From: Takakia lepidozioides
Lineage: Eukaryota > Plantae > Bryophyta
Length of the DNA: 64,000 nt
Reading direction: 5' to 3'
Assembly (NCBI GenBank): GCA_030704615.1
Contig: CM060731.1
Coordinates: 57,722,001 to 57,786,000 of the forward strand
A program made the translations under genes and the position numbers. The notes beneath the pieces were generated by a model that saw only the letters and a list, made by a program, of their open reading frames with translations, searched no databases and was not told the origin of the DNA. Shown here piece by piece: positions 63,067-64,000 of the stretch (position 1 is its first letter; every line of letters starts with the position of its first letter).

Positions 63067-63928
63067 CTAATTACTCAGATGGTCCTGCTGGTAATCTGGA
63101 TTTAGCTTAAGAATAACAAAGCCTTCTAACACTGATGACAAAGGAATGTACCTGCCATCACAACCACTTCATCATGTCAGCGATCGCCATACCCATCATC
63201 TAAGCCATGTTACAACAAAGTAACAATTAACAGGGGATCATTCACAACTAACCAACCAAGGAAGTCACAGAATCAGTACATATCCCCAAGTACGTAGTAA
63301 TATGAGAGTTAGCAAAAGCTCACTTCTCAGTGGCAAGCTCAGCTCGGTCACCGGTAGCCAGAAGAACAGGTGTGGTGTGCGTCTGGAACCCAGTGATGGT
63401 CTTGGGCCGGCCAGCCTGCCCCACTACGTCCACAGCTTGGCCAACACGCACCGGCACAGACAGAGGCTTCAAGTTCACATCTAGTGTTATCAGCATCCGT
63501 GGCTGCCATCGCACAACCATAACACAACCAATATTAGCCAACTACACTTTGAAGACTGAATTTGAGACCCAATGAAATCGAGGAGAAAGATGAACCAAGA
63601 AAACCAATGGCTGTAGCCTTATGGGCATGGGGAGACAGTTACAAGAGGGAAGATAGTAATGTAAGATTTGTGGAGGAGCAAAGCACATGGTCGTTACATT
63701 CAGTTTTGCCTATGGCTACTGGAAAGCCATATGATATCCTAAGAAGAGATCCAAAAGCAACTAATGCAACATTTCTAAAGCACATGATAACTAGAGGTTG
63801 GAATGACTAACAAAAGTACCTGCATAGCCAAAACAAGGAAATATAAAACATAGTGAAACTTTCCCAAAATAATGGACTTCATGTCCAGGCTCCCGTGCAA
63901 AAATGTCATCAAACCTGCCAGCGCCACA
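63067..63928 (-). CDS. RPN1: 26S proteasome regulatory subunit RPN1, last three exons (gene continues beyond the window)
   Basis: Exons 63928-63820, 63502-63324 and 63151-63067 give [111 protein letters not shown]. Confidence 0.96.
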
Positions 63929-64000
63929 CTGCACCGAAAATCTTGTGTTACATCACCAACCCAAGAATAAAACAAATGATGCTGACAGAAAATGCTTCAA

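Overview
Nuclear DNA of a land plant, probably a non-seed plant such as a bryophyte or lycophyte. That is an inference from the compact GT-AG introns and the abundant PLS-class PPR repeats. Spliced genes read by hand: 5' part of an NHX5/6-type Na+/H+ exchanger, MED31, a 12-exon plastid-type kinase-like gene with a degenerate catalytic loop, an unidentified minus-strand gene, a USP-like-domain gene with no kinase domain, a MAGL/CSE-family hydrolase head-to-head with a p24/emp24 gene, a serine-rich 'CLCAPTxHxGSFRCRLHR' gene, and the 3' end of RPN1. The accessory DNA holds a Ty3/Gypsy remnant inserted in a decayed piggyBac element with a GGG-TTAA end, intron-resident LINE fragments, SINEs and MITEs. 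It also holds a rearranged duplicated block carrying a candidate box C/D snoRNA cluster, a scrambled PLS-PPR pseudogene field with a long inverted repeat, and a decayed group II intron maturase fragment. No CRISPR array, rRNA or true tRNA was seen. All calls come from manual reading and recalled family motifs; no database search was run.
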